From an uncultured Nitrososphaerota archaeon (GTDB lineage Archaea > Thermoproteota > Nitrososphaeria > Nitrososphaerales > Gagatemarchaeaceae), in the NCBI GenBank assembly GCA_963838925.1, contig CAWISW010000002.1, forward strand, positions 416,001 to 480,000: a stretch of DNA of 64,000 nt. The letters run 5' to 3'. A program made the position numbers and the translations under genes. Position 1 is the first letter of the stretch. Every line of letters begins with the position of its first letter. The notes below the pieces were generated by a model, which saw only the letters and a list, made by a program, of their open reading frames with translations, searched no databases and was not told the origin of the DNA. Positions 17,752 through 27,281 of the stretch are shown here, piece after piece.

Positions 17752-19377
17752 TTGGAGACTTTAGACTCCGATTCTCAAGACGGCAGAGAGGCGGCGGCTA
17801 TCTCCTCGATAGTCGTCTCCATTCTCTCTGGCCAGATTGCCTCACGCCACCAGCTCGAGCAGGCCAAGAAGGAGGCCGCCAAGCGTCACCGCCTCGACAA
17901 GTTCCTCACAAACTCTCAGATCTACCTCGCGCTCACACCGGAAGAGAGGAACGGGAGGAAGGAGATCTTCAGGGTCCACCCGCGAAGGAGCGCATCGGGC
18001 ATAGTGATCGTCACGGTCTTCACCTCTCCCGCGAGCTGCCCGCACGGGACCTGCGTCTATTGCCCGGGAGGGCCCTCCATGGGCACGCCCCAGAGCTACG
18101 TCCCCGACGGCCCGAGCATGCGGGGTGCCAAGGCGGTGGGCTTCGACCCGTTCCTTCAGGCCCAGAAAATGCTGAAGAAGTACCTCGACAGGGGGCACGA
18201 GGCGTCCAAGGTCGAGTTGATGGTCGAGGGCGGGACGTTCCTCGCGATGCCCCGCGACTACCAGAAGTGGTTCATCAAGGGCGCCTTCGACGGGCTGAAC
18301 TGCGCCCCCACCCCGACAGCCTCGCTGGAGCAGGCGCATGCCGCCAACGAGTCCGCCGAGTACAGGTCGGTCGGGCTGACGATCGAGACCAAGCCAGACT
18401 GGTGCCGCCCCGAGCACGTTGACATGCTTCTCTCGTACGGCGTCACAAAGGTGGAGATAGGCGTCCAGGCGCTGAGGGACGAGATACTCGCCAGGAGCAA
18501 CCGGGGCCACACGGTGCAGGACACGGTCGACGCCTTCCAGGCCGCGCGGGACTCCGGCCTGAAGATAGCGGCCCACATGATGCCCGGGCTTCCGGGGTCT
18601 AACCCGGGGGACGACCTAGCCGACCTCCTAAGGCTCTTCGAGGACGAGTCGCTCAGGCCGGACATGATGAAGCTGTACCCGACGACGGTGGTCAGGGGGA
18701 CCGCCCTGGCGAAGATGTGCGAGGCGGGCCTCTACAGGCCCTACGACCTCGAGACCGTCGTGAGACTCATCGCCGAGATGAAGGTCCACGTCCCGAGCTG
18801 GCACAGGATCATGAGAATCCAGCGCGAGATCCCAGAGGCGGACATCACCGCCGGGAGCAGGGCGGGAAACCTCCGGGAGCTGGTCCTGGCGAAGGTGAAG
18901 GAGGACGGGAACTCGTGCGGCTGCATACGGTGCCGGGAGGTGGCCATGGACTCGCCATCAGCGCTCGGGGAGAGCGAGCAGGGAGACCTGGTCATGCGAA
19001 AGCAAGACTACGGGGCCTCAGGGGGGACAGAGGTCTTCGGGACATACGAGTACGAGAAGACGGGGAAGCTCGCCGGGTTCGTCAGGATGAGGTCCCCATC
19101 CGACGTGGCGCACCGGCGTGAGCTGCAGGGCGGAGCGTGCATCGTCAGGGAGCTCAAGGTCTACGGGAGGGTGGTGTCCGTCGGCTCCCACGACGAACAG
19201 GCTTTCCAGCATCGCGGCCTTGGCCACTCCCTCTTGGAGGCGATGGAGCAGGAGGCGCGAGAGGCCTTCGACGCCCGCACCCTCCTCGTGATGAGCGCGG
19301 TCGGGACTAGGAACTATTACCGCAAGTTCGGGTACGAGCGGCTCGGCCCGTACATGGCGAAGCAGCTGCCAGCATAG
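17752..19377 (+). CDS. elp3: Elp3 radical SAM/GNAT tRNA U34 modification enzyme
   Basis: CPHGTCVYCPGG, GGTF, IETKPD, RIQREIP, QHRGLG, SAVGTRNYY. Confidence 0.96.
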   Translation: METLDSDSQDGREAAAISSIVVSILSGQIASRHQLEQAKKEAAKRHRLDKFLTNSQIYLALTPEERNGRKEIFRVHPRRSASGIVIVTVFTSPASCPHGTCVYCPGGPSMGTPQSYVPDGPSMRGAKAVGFDPFLQAQKMLKKYLDRGHEASKVELMVEGGTFLAMPRDYQKWFIKGAFDGLNCAPTPTASLEQAHAANESAEYRSVGLTIETKPDWCRPEHVDMLLSYGVTKVEIGVQALRDEILARSNRGHTVQDTVDAFQAARDSGLKIAAHMMPGLPGSNPGDDLADLLRLFEDESLRPDMMKLYPTTVVRGTALAKMCEAGLYRPYDLETVVRLIAEMKVHVPSWHRIMRIQREIPEADITAGSRAGNLRELVLAKVKEDGNSCGCIRCREVAMDSPSALGESEQGDLVMRKQDYGASGGTEVFGTYEYEKTGKLAGFVRMRSPSDVAHRRELQGGACIVRELKVYGRVVSVGSHDEQAFQHRGLGHSLLEAMEQEAREAFDARTLLVMSAVGTRNYYRKFGYERLGPYMAKQLPA

Positions 19378-19413
19378 AGGGGCTAAAAGCGGCGGGCCCC
19401 GACCTCGTGCGCC

Positions 19414-20073
19414 GTGATCATCGGGAACTGCGGCTTCGCCGACGACGCCCTCTACGACCTCGACTCAAACACTTGGGTCCGGCTCAAGGAAGGCGAGCCT
19501 GCCACCGTGGGAATCACCTCGATCTTTGCCTGGCTGGCGGGTTCCGTCACGTCGGTGTCGTTCAAGCCGCCTGGGACGGTGGTGGCGCGGGGCAACGGGC
19601 TCGGATCGGTCGAAGGCCCGAAGCGCTTCGACATCGTCCGGAGTCCCCTCACCTGCAGGGTGGTGAGCGTGAACGAGTCGTTGGTCGGGAGCCCGAGGCC
19701 GCTCAACCACGACCCGTACTCCGCAGGTTGGTTCGCCACGCTCGAGCCTCTCAAGCCGGACGAGCTCTCCCTGCTCGAGCCGCCCGGGGACGCCAAAGAG
19801 GCGCTCCAGAGGAAGATCGCCGAGCTCAGGGTCAGGTGCTTCGCCGAGTTCCCCGACGACGAGATGGTCGAGATCGGGACGGAGTGCTCCGCTGTCCTGG
19901 CGCGCCTCGACGAGCTGCTCTCGCGCTCGCCCAAGGGGTTAGTCGTCCACCTGGTCTCGGACGACCTCTCTTCGGAGGTTGAGATGATGGGGTGGAGCGA
20001 GAGGACCGGGAACCTCCTCCTAGAGAAGAGGAGAGAAGGGAACCTTATCCACTATATCGTGAAGAAGGCCTAG
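19414..20073 (+). CDS. GcvH-like lipoyl-domain protein fused to a TusA/SirA-like domain
   Basis: TWV...VGIT, GSVEGPK, SP..G.V..VN, N.DPY..GW; C-terminal IGTECS...LVSDD...W.ERTGN. Confidence 0.75.
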   Translation: MIIGNCGFADDALYDLDSNTWVRLKEGEPATVGITSIFAWLAGSVTSVSFKPPGTVVARGNGLGSVEGPKRFDIVRSPLTCRVVSVNESLVGSPRPLNHDPYSAGWFATLEPLKPDELSLLEPPGDAKEALQRKIAELRVRCFAEFPDDEMVEIGTECSAVLARLDELLSRSPKGLVVHLVSDDLSSEVEMMGWSERTGNLLLEKRREGNLIHYIVKKA

Positions 20074-20094
20074 CTGCCTAAAGTGAGGGGCTCC

Positions 20095-20949
20095 CTACCT
20101 CTCGACCGGGGTGCCCACGGAGTTGCCCCACTCGGTCCAAGAGCCGTCGTAGTTCTTCACGTTGGGGAACCCTAGCAGGTACTTCAGGACGAACCACGAG
20201 TGCGAGGACCTCTCGCCTATCCTGCAGTAGGTGATCACCTCCTTGTCCGGGGTGACGCCCTTGGGCGCGTAGAGCGCCTCGATGTCCTTCCTCGACTTGA
20301 ACGTCCCGTCCGCGTCGTTGACCGTCTGCGCCCACGGGATGTTCTTCGCTCCGGGGATGTGCCCGCCCCTTTGGGCGTGCTCCGTCGGATACTCGGGGGG
20401 AGCGAGGATCTCTCCGCTGAACTCCTTCGGTCCCCTCACGTCGACAAGAACCTTGTCCCCGAGTTGGAGCGCCTGGAGAACGTAGTCCCTGTAGACTCTC
20501 AGCGAAGGGTCCGGCTTTCCGGGCTTGTAGCTCGTCTTCCCGTATGCCGGGACGTCCTTCGTCACGGGCCTGTCTTCGAGGAGCCACTTCTTCCTTCCGC
20601 CGTTCAGTATCTTGACCTTCTCTACACCGTGGGACTTGAAGACCCAGAACGCGAACGCTGCGAACCAGTTGTTGAAGTCCCCGTAGAGGATGACCCAAGT
20701 GTCAGGGGTGATCCCTGCGTTGCTGAACAGGGCCTCCAGCTGCTCCCTGCTCAAGACGTCCCTCCTCAGGGGGTCGTTGATGTCCTTCTTCCAGTCGAAT
20801 AGGACGGCCCCGGGGATGTGGCCTGTCCCATAGTTCGCCGCCGGGTCGTAGTCTACCTCTGCGATTCTAACGTCGGCATCCTTGTGGTGCTGCAGGACCC
20901 AGTTGGTGTCCACCAGCACGTCGGGGTGCGCGTATTCAGTGACGCTCAT
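20095..20949 (-). CDS. Thiosulfate sulfurtransferase (tandem rhodanese)
   Basis: GHIPGA twice, YCRIGERS, YDGSWTEW. Confidence 0.95.
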   Translation of the reverse strand: MSVTEYAHPDVLVDTNWVLQHHKDADVRIAEVDYDPAANYGTGHIPGAVLFDWKKDINDPLRRDVLSREQLEALFSNAGITPDTWVILYGDFNNWFAAFAFWVFKSHGVEKVKILNGGRKKWLLEDRPVTKDVPAYGKTSYKPGKPDPSLRVYRDYVLQALQLGDKVLVDVRGPKEFSGEILAPPEYPTEHAQRGGHIPGAKNIPWAQTVNDADGTFKSRKDIEALYAPKGVTPDKEVITYCRIGERSSHSWFVLKYLLGFPNVKNYDGSWTEWGNSVGTPVER

Positions 20950-21137
20950 ATTATCACATGCGTTATTATTCCCTATATCAAGGGCACTGCCCAAGATATT
21001 CTATTGCGAATCCCACGCTATGGAGCGCCCGTACGACCACGCTCAAGGCCTGGACGAAGAAGGAGATGGCGCGCATCTTCTCGAGCCTGGAAGGCTAGGC
21101 CCTTCATCGAACCCGCTCCTGAAGACCTCAAAGCTTT

Positions 21138-22490
21138 ATGCGGTCTGAGGAGGAACCGGATGGCAGCGACATGCCAGGACTCTCGGGATACCGCGGCCCC
21201 TCCGCGAAGCTACTGGAAGGTGCTGGCGCCAACATAGGGGACGTCCTGGAGGTCAGCACGGGGGGCGAGAGAGTCAGGGGGACGCTCGTCCCGAGGTACG
21301 AGCACGACGACGAGAAGCACATCGTCATCAAGCTGAAGAACGGTTACAACGTCGGCATCTCCGTCGAGAAGATCTCCAAGGTCGAGCGGGTGGCGAAGGG
21401 CGAGGCACCGAAGTTCGTCGCCCCCGCGAAGCTCGCGAACAAGGGCCTACCAGTGGTCTCAATCCTGGGGACGGGCGGGACGATTGCTAGCCGCGTGGAC
21501 TACCGGACCGGAGCGGTCGCACCCGCGACGACGGCCGGAGAGCTCTACTCCCTCTTTCCCGAGCTATCTGAGATAGCCAACATCGCTCCCGAGATCGTCC
21601 TGAGCGTGTACAGCGAGAACCTCGAACCGGGCCACTGGGAGACGATAGCCAAGAAAGCCTCCGAGGTCGTCTCGAAGGGCGTCTCAGGGATAATCCTCAC
21701 GATGGGGACTGACACGATGGGCTACACGGCAGCCGCCCTGAGCTTCGCGCTAAAGGGCATCCCCGTCCCGCTCTTCATCGTGGGGTCGCAGCGCTCCTCC
21801 GACAGGCCTTCCTCCGACGCTTTCCTCAACCTGATCGGCGCGGCGACGATGGCGGTCCAGGCGGACTTCTCGGGGGTCTTCGTGGTCATGCACGCCGACT
21901 CTAGCGACGAAAGGCTCGCCGTCCACATGGGGACGCGCGTGAGGAAGAACCACACAAGCGCGAGGGACGCGTTCGAGTCGATGGGAGTCGAGCCTGTCGG
22001 ATACTGGTCGCGCGACGGGACTCAGGTCACCGCGCGCGAGGCGCCCCCGCCCCGTGGAAAGACAGCCGGGTTCTCAGCGAAGCCGAAGTTCGACCCCCGA
22101 GCGGCCCTCGTGAAGTTCTTCCCGTCGATGTCTAGCGAGTACCTAGGAGCCCTGCTGGGCTCGGGGCTCCGCGGTCTGGTCTTCGAGGGGACGGGACTCG
22201 GGCACATAAACAGCAAGAACCTCGAGGTGGTGGAGAAGTTTATCGCAGGCGGAGGGGTCGTCTGCATGACGTCTCAGTGCCTGTGGGGGAGGGTGGACAT
22301 GAACGTCTACGACACGGGGAGGGACCTTCTCAAGGCCGGCGTGGTCCCCCTCGAGGACATGCTCCCTGAGACGGCCATCGCGAAGCTCATGTGGGCGCTG
22401 GGCAACTTCAAGACCGCCGAGGAGGTCAAGGCCGTCATGCAGGAGAACCTCACCGGCGAGACGACAGGCAGGTCCACGCAGAGGAGGTAG
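21138..22490 (+). CDS. gatD: Glu-tRNA(Gln) amidotransferase subunit D
   Basis: KLKNGYNVG, TGGTIASRVDYRTG, GTDT, GSQRSSDRPSSD. Confidence 0.96.
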   Translation: MRSEEEPDGSDMPGLSGYRGPSAKLLEGAGANIGDVLEVSTGGERVRGTLVPRYEHDDEKHIVIKLKNGYNVGISVEKISKVERVAKGEAPKFVAPAKLANKGLPVVSILGTGGTIASRVDYRTGAVAPATTAGELYSLFPELSEIANIAPEIVLSVYSENLEPGHWETIAKKASEVVSKGVSGIILTMGTDTMGYTAAALSFALKGIPVPLFIVGSQRSSDRPSSDAFLNLIGAATMAVQADFSGVFVVMHADSSDERLAVHMGTRVRKNHTSARDAFESMGVEPVGYWSRDGTQVTAREAPPPRGKTAGFSAKPKFDPRAALVKFFPSMSSEYLGALLGSGLRGLVFEGTGLGHINSKNLEVVEKFIAGGGVVCMTSQCLWGRVDMNVYDTGRDLLKAGVVPLEDMLPETAIAKLMWALGNFKTAEEVKAVMQENLTGETTGRSTQRR

Positions 22491-24412
22491 GCGCCCTGGA
22501 GCGACGAGCCCCGGCCACGACCCTGCCCTTCGACCCCGAGTCCAGCCGGCTCAGGGTGGGCCTTGAGATCCACCAGCAGCTGGCCACCGACACCAAGCTC
22601 TTCTGCCCCTGCCCCATAGTGAAGTCTGAGGAGCTGCCGCTCTGCTTCGAGAGGAGGCTCCGCCCCACGCAGAGCGAGTTGGGTCAGATAGACCCGGCAG
22701 CGGTCTTCGAGTTCAACAAGGGGAGGGTCAACCTCTACAAGTGGAACCCCGAGTCCTCGTGCCTGGTCGAGGCGGACGAGGAGCCCCCACACCCTCCGAG
22801 CAGGGACGCCATCGAGACGGCCATCCTGGTCGGGGAGATGCTCGGCGCCAAGGCCGTGGACGAGGTCCACGTCATGCGCAAGATAGTGATAGACGGGTCG
22901 AACACCTCTGGCTTCCAGAGGACTGCCATCATCGCCCTGGGAGGGGCGCTGAGCGTCGACGGAACGAGCGTGGGGGTGCAGACGATTACCGTCGAGGAGG
23001 ACTCCTCGAGGGTGCTCAAGGAGGGGGCGCAGGCGAGGGAGTATGCGCTCGACAGGCTGGGGGTGCCCCTCGTCGAGATCGCCCTCGACCACGTCTTGGG
23101 GGTGCCCGAGTACGTCGAAGCCGTGGCCCTCTCTCTGGGAAGGTCTCTCCGCTCCACTGGAAGGGTCGCGAGGGGCCAGGGCACCATCAGGCAGGACCTG
23201 AACGTGTCGATACTCGACGGGCAGGCCGTGGAGGTGAAGGGAGTCCAGAAGCTCAGCCTCATCTCGAAGGTCGTCCGTTACGAGGCGACGCGACAGATGG
23301 GGCTGGTGAAGATCGCGAGGGAGATCAAGAGGAGGGGCCTGGCTGACGTCTCCTGCGCCATGAAGGACGCGACGGGGACCATGAAGGCCACCGCGTCCCC
23401 GGTTCTCAAGCGCATCATCCAGAAGGGAGGAGCGGTGACGTGCGTGGCCGCAAACGGGTTCGCAGGGCTCTTCGGGCTCGAACCGTTCCCCGGGATCCGC
23501 CTGGGGAAGGAGCTCGCGGAGATCGCAAGGACGAACGGCCTGGGCGGGGTGATCCACTCCGATGAGTTCGCGAAGCAGGGTGTGACAGAGGGCGAGGCTG
23601 CCGCCCTCCGTGCTCTCACAGGCTCCGGTCCCAGCGCGGGGCTCGTCCTTGTCGCCGGCGACTCGCCAGAGAGGGTGGGGACGGTCGCAGCGCTCGTCGT
23701 AGAGCGCATCAAGAAAGCCCACGTCGGTGTCCTCGGAGAGACGCGAGCAGCCACCTTCGAGGGCGAGACCAGGTACCAGAGGCCGCGCCCGGGCGCAGCG
23801 AGGATGTATCCCGAGACCGACATCCCGGAGATAGTCGTCTCAGAGGACTGGAAGCTCAGCCTCAGGAGGCACCTCCCCGTCCCGTGGAAGGAGAAGGTCG
23901 CTGGGTTCTCCAGGAAGCACTCTCTGAGCGAGGAGGCCGCCCTCCAGCTCTACGACTCGGACAACTCGAAGCTCTTCGAAGAGCTCGCGGCCAAGCTGAA
24001 GCTCGAGCCTTCGGTGATCGCCTCAATCCTCGTGGAGATACCGGTGCGCCTCTCGAGGGAGGGCATCGACGAGTCGAAGATCACCGAAGAGACGCTCTCC
24101 GACGTCCTGGGGGCGGTCGACGCGGAACGGTTCGCGAAGGAGGCTGCGATAGAGGTGCTCCGCTCGATCGGCAAGGGGGAGACGCGCGACGTCGACGAAG
24201 CGGTCTCGAAGCTGGGCCTGACCGGGATGAGCGACGCGGAGCTCGACAAGATAATCAGCGGCGTAATGCAGCGCAACAAGGCCCTCACGGAAGAGAAGGG
24301 GGAGCGGGCCTTCAGCGTCCTCATGGGCGAGGTGATGAAGCTCGCGAGAGGGAGAGTCGACGGACAGAAGGTGAGCAGGCTCTTGAAGAAGGCGATGGAG
24401 AAGGGCGCCTAG
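22391..24412 (+). CDS. gatE: Glu-tRNA(Gln) amidotransferase subunit E (true start probably near 22490-22550)
   Basis: VGLEIHQQL, KLFC.C, DGSNTSGFQRT, DRLGVPLVEI, RPRPGAARMYPETD. Confidence 0.96.
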   Translation: MGAGQLQDRRGGQGRHAGEPHRRDDRQVHAEEVGALERRAPATTLPFDPESSRLRVGLEIHQQLATDTKLFCPCPIVKSEELPLCFERRLRPTQSELGQIDPAAVFEFNKGRVNLYKWNPESSCLVEADEEPPHPPSRDAIETAILVGEMLGAKAVDEVHVMRKIVIDGSNTSGFQRTAIIALGGALSVDGTSVGVQTITVEEDSSRVLKEGAQAREYALDRLGVPLVEIALDHVLGVPEYVEAVALSLGRSLRSTGRVARGQGTIRQDLNVSILDGQAVEVKGVQKLSLISKVVRYEATRQMGLVKIAREIKRRGLADVSCAMKDATGTMKATASPVLKRIIQKGGAVTCVAANGFAGLFGLEPFPGIRLGKELAEIARTNGLGGVIHSDEFAKQGVTEGEAAALRALTGSGPSAGLVLVAGDSPERVGTVAALVVERIKKAHVGVLGETRAATFEGETRYQRPRPGAARMYPETDIPEIVVSEDWKLSLRRHLPVPWKEKVAGFSRKHSLSEEAALQLYDSDNSKLFEELAAKLKLEPSVIASILVEIPVRLSREGIDESKITEETLSDVLGAVDAERFAKEAAIEVLRSIGKGETRDVDEAVSKLGLTGMSDAELDKIISGVMQRNKALTEEKGERAFSVLMGEVMKLARGRVDGQKVSRLLKKAMEKGA

Positions 24413-24483
24413 GGCCTCCTTCCACTATTCAAGATTTTTGCGAAGGACGCTTATATAACAACACCCCACTGTCATGCTCGTCG

Positions 24484-25089
24484 ATGCCAGAAGACAACAT
24501 CAAAATCAGAGTGAGGGCGGGCGACAGCGAGGCGGAGATAGAGGCGCCCCTCTCGAGCATCAGAGAGGCAATCGAGCTCATTCCTGACGTCATCGCGAAG
24601 CTCCCGAAGGCGGGAGCAGGCGCCAAGCCCCAGCCTGCCGGGACCCAAGGCGAGGCCGCGACGGTCCGGGCCCCGGAAGCAGCTTCCATGTCGATCCAGG
24701 ACGCATCTGCCGCCTCAACGATGCCGATGGTGACCGTCGAGAAGGGCGACTCTCTCAGCGACGTCATCTCCAAGTTCTTCTCCGACTCCTGGGGGAGGAG
24801 CCCGAGGAAGCTCATGGAGGTGAGGGACGCGCTCCAGTCGTACGGCCTGAACTACCCGAAGCAGTCCGTCGCAGTCGCCCTCTTGAGGCTGGCCAAGGGC
24901 TCCAAGCTCCGCAGGTTCAAGGGCGAGGGAGGCGAGTACGTCTACACCGCCTCCACTGGGGCGGCGCGCATCTCCGGGCCCACACAGCCAGCCGCGAGGC
25001 AGCTCATCGAGGAGGAGGCCGCGCCACCGCTCGAGACCGGGGAGGAGCAGGAAGAGCAACTCGACCTCGACGCGCCCGCGGCGAACTGA
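24484..25089 (+). CDS. Hypothetical protein with a small N-terminal domain and C-terminal winged helix
   Basis: IKIRVRAGDSEAEIE; SPRKLMEVRDAL...SVAVALLRL...LRR...YVY. Confidence 0.7.
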   Translation: MPEDNIKIRVRAGDSEAEIEAPLSSIREAIELIPDVIAKLPKAGAGAKPQPAGTQGEAATVRAPEAASMSIQDASAASTMPMVTVEKGDSLSDVISKFFSDSWGRSPRKLMEVRDALQSYGLNYPKQSVAVALLRLAKGSKLRRFKGEGGEYVYTASTGAARISGPTQPAARQLIEEEAAPPLETGEEQEEQLDLDAPAAN

Positions 25090-25146
25090 AATCCCTCTCG
25101 GTGAACAAATGTTTAATCGGGGAGAAATCTCTCCCGGAGTCCGCGT

Positions 25147-25680
25147 TTGTCCGTTACAACTGATAGGCAGCTAGCGGTGGTGGTCAGCTACGGCGAGGTG
25201 AAGGTCGAGTTCACGGGCTCTCCCGACGTCGTCTTCCGCTCGATCCACGAGTTCATATCGAAGGAGATCCCCAACATAGACCTCGCGAAGAGCATCTCGG
25301 TCAACTACTCGCTAAACGACCTGATACAGATGTTCAAGGACTACATCCGGTTCACCGAGGAGGGGCCGAGGGTCTGGGTGCAGGACAAGAAGCTGAGCGA
25401 CAAGGACGTCATCGCGCTGCAGCTCGTCGCAGCCAAGGCGGCGATGCTCTCCGGCAAGGCGAGGAGCGACGACATGAACGTCCTCGAGCTCCAGGCCGCC
25501 ACGAGCCTCCTCGCGAAGACGATAGGCTCGCGCCTATCTGAGCTGAACAAGTCGGGGGCGGTCGACAGGCTCGAGGGCGAGGGCACGGGGAGGTACCGGA
25601 TCACGACGACCGGGGTGCACTGGCTCCACGGCCAGCTCACGAAGAAGTTTCCCAGGTCGCCTCAGGCGCCCGCGCCCTGA
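25147..25680 (+). CDS. Hypothetical protein with a C-terminal winged helix
   Basis: VVVSYGEVKVEFTG; KTIGSRLSEL.KSG.V...YRITT.G. Confidence 0.75.
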   Translation: MSVTTDRQLAVVVSYGEVKVEFTGSPDVVFRSIHEFISKEIPNIDLAKSISVNYSLNDLIQMFKDYIRFTEEGPRVWVQDKKLSDKDVIALQLVAAKAAMLSGKARSDDMNVLELQAATSLLAKTIGSRLSELNKSGAVDRLEGEGTGRYRITTTGVHWLHGQLTKKFPRSPQAPAP

Positions 25681-26108
25681 GGCTCGAGCGGTCGCTTCTG
25701 CACGTACCGGTAGTTCCTCATCGTCCCGTCCCTGAAGAGCGTCCCCTCCCTCACGAGGTCGACCAACGAGTGCGAGACCGCGGTGCGGTCGTAGTGGTAT
25801 CCCCTCCTCGCGAGCTCCTCGTGCACCTCGCCCAGGTTCTTCTCGGTGGCGAACCACCCCTCCTTCCACATCCTCTCCAGGAGCCCCCTGCACGTGTCGA
25901 ACCTCTTCCCCTCCTCCCCAGGAGCGGGCTGGTCGAGCGACGCTTCTATCGAGACCTGCTCTTTCGATACCATCCCTGCCAGCACGCTCTCGACGGCCTG
26001 CTGCACCTTGTCCGGCACGCATGTTATCTCGATCTCCCAGGTCCCTCGCTTGAGCTTCACGGTCACGCTGGGAGGAGGGGCATCACCCGACAACGGGGTC
26101 AACCTCAT
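25662..26108 (-). CDS. Hypothetical protein with a C-terminal winged helix
   Basis: VKLKRGTWEIEI; GWF..EKNLGEVHEEL...AVSHSL.DLVREG.L.R.G....YRY. Confidence 0.75.
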   Translation of the reverse strand: MRLTPLSGDAPPPSVTVKLKRGTWEIEITCVPDKVQQAVESVLAGMVSKEQVSIEASLDQPAPGEEGKRFDTCRGLLERMWKEGWFATEKNLGEVHEELARRGYHYDRTAVSHSLVDLVREGTLFRDGTMRNYRYVQKRPLEPQGAGA

Positions 26109-26217
26109 CGGTCATGGCAGGCGCCATCCGGTCGCCGCCCGGTCGATGTAAGAGTTCGGGAGTGCCGTGTATCTCGATGTTCGGGCGCCCGCGTGCGGTG
26201 CCCATGACGGACTCATC

Positions 26218-26282
26218 TTGCGCAATAGCATGTTGCGCAACACTTATTAATTAAGTTGCGGATAGGCATGTTGCGCAACATG
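26218..26282. promoter_or_regulatory. Three copies of the TTGCGCAA palindrome around an AT-rich core (candidate operator in a divergent promoter)
   Basis: TTGCGCAA at 26218-26225, TGTTGCGCAACA at 26231-26242, CATGTTGCGCAACATG at 26267-26282; TTATTAATTAA between them. Confidence 0.6.
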
Positions 26283-27272
26283 AACAATCAATTGAGCGTC
26301 GCAACTGTCGTGAACATGGACACACTACAATCTCTCGCGAAGGAGTTCAAGCAACGCTTCGAGCTCTCTTCTGACCTGATACACGAGAAGCTGGCGGGCA
26401 AGGAGTTCATCTTCAACCACGACGGGAAGGACACGTATCCCTTCGCTGGCTGGAGCGAGGCTTGCGACGGCGAGCTGCGGCCGATAATCCCCGTGCAAGA
26501 GCAGGTTACGATAGCTTCGACAGACTCCTCGTGCATCCTGCTCGGCGAGTCATTCGAGGGGGCGGTCTACGCAGTTAGGGCGGCAGTGGCATTCAGCTGC
26601 GGAGGCCTCGTCAGGGGGTACTTCAGGGTCGGGCCGACGATCGTCTACCTTTCCGCGAAGGGAGCCTACGGCCTGCCCTCCGACCTCGAGCCGTTCGAGC
26701 TGCGGGTGGCGCTCACAGACCACCAGATCGCAGAGCGGATAATCAGGAACGCCGTCGAGCAAAAGATCGTCTCGACGTTGGTCTGCTCGCCGCAGATTTC
26801 CATCGTGATGGCCGACGGGTCACTCAAGCACCCATTCGAGCTTTACCCGGCAAAGACCAGCCAGTCCGAATCCGACGCATGTCTCGTCGGCTTCTCAAAG
26901 TCGAGCTCCTTGGTCGCGTCGAGCAGGCTCACTGGGACGGTCTCGAAGGCGATCGGCCCAGCCTACTGCGCCGCACAGGAAGGCGCAATCCAGACGATAG
27001 TCGCCAAGTTCAGCAACGACGGTCTGGTCTTCAGGCTGGACGTCGCCAGGCCCATCGCGCAGCTCCAGCGCGTCCTCGGACTCGTCATCCACAACGACGG
27101 GTTCTCGGTCGGCTACCCGGAGTCTCTCCGGGTCGCCCACCACCTATCGGTCTTCTCACGGTCTGAGGACTGCGCGCTCAAGGCCTATCTGAGCAAGCGG
27201 TACCTCCTCAAGCACCTGCCAGCATTCGGGCTCCGCAGGATGACGCTCGGCGGGCTGAGCAACTCAGGGTGA
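26256..27272 (+). CDS. nurA: NurA-family nuclease (divergent; start probably at a downstream ATG)
   Basis: IASTDSS, VMADGSL, VGFSKSS, FRLD, GYPESLRVAH. Confidence 0.8.
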   Translation: MRIGMLRNMNNQLSVATVVNMDTLQSLAKEFKQRFELSSDLIHEKLAGKEFIFNHDGKDTYPFAGWSEACDGELRPIIPVQEQVTIASTDSSCILLGESFEGAVYAVRAAVAFSCGGLVRGYFRVGPTIVYLSAKGAYGLPSDLEPFELRVALTDHQIAERIIRNAVEQKIVSTLVCSPQISIVMADGSLKHPFELYPAKTSQSESDACLVGFSKSSSLVASSRLTGTVSKAIGPAYCAAQEGAIQTIVAKFSNDGLVFRLDVARPIAQLQRVLGLVIHNDGFSVGYPESLRVAHHLSVFSRSEDCALKAYLSKRYLLKHLPAFGLRRMTLGGLSNSG

Positions 27273-27281
27273 CCTTGGCAA

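Noticed and set aside
20950-21137. ncRNA or gene remnant between the rhodanese and gatD
   Set aside because: Short open frames without a convincing start or motif; no recognisable RNA signature
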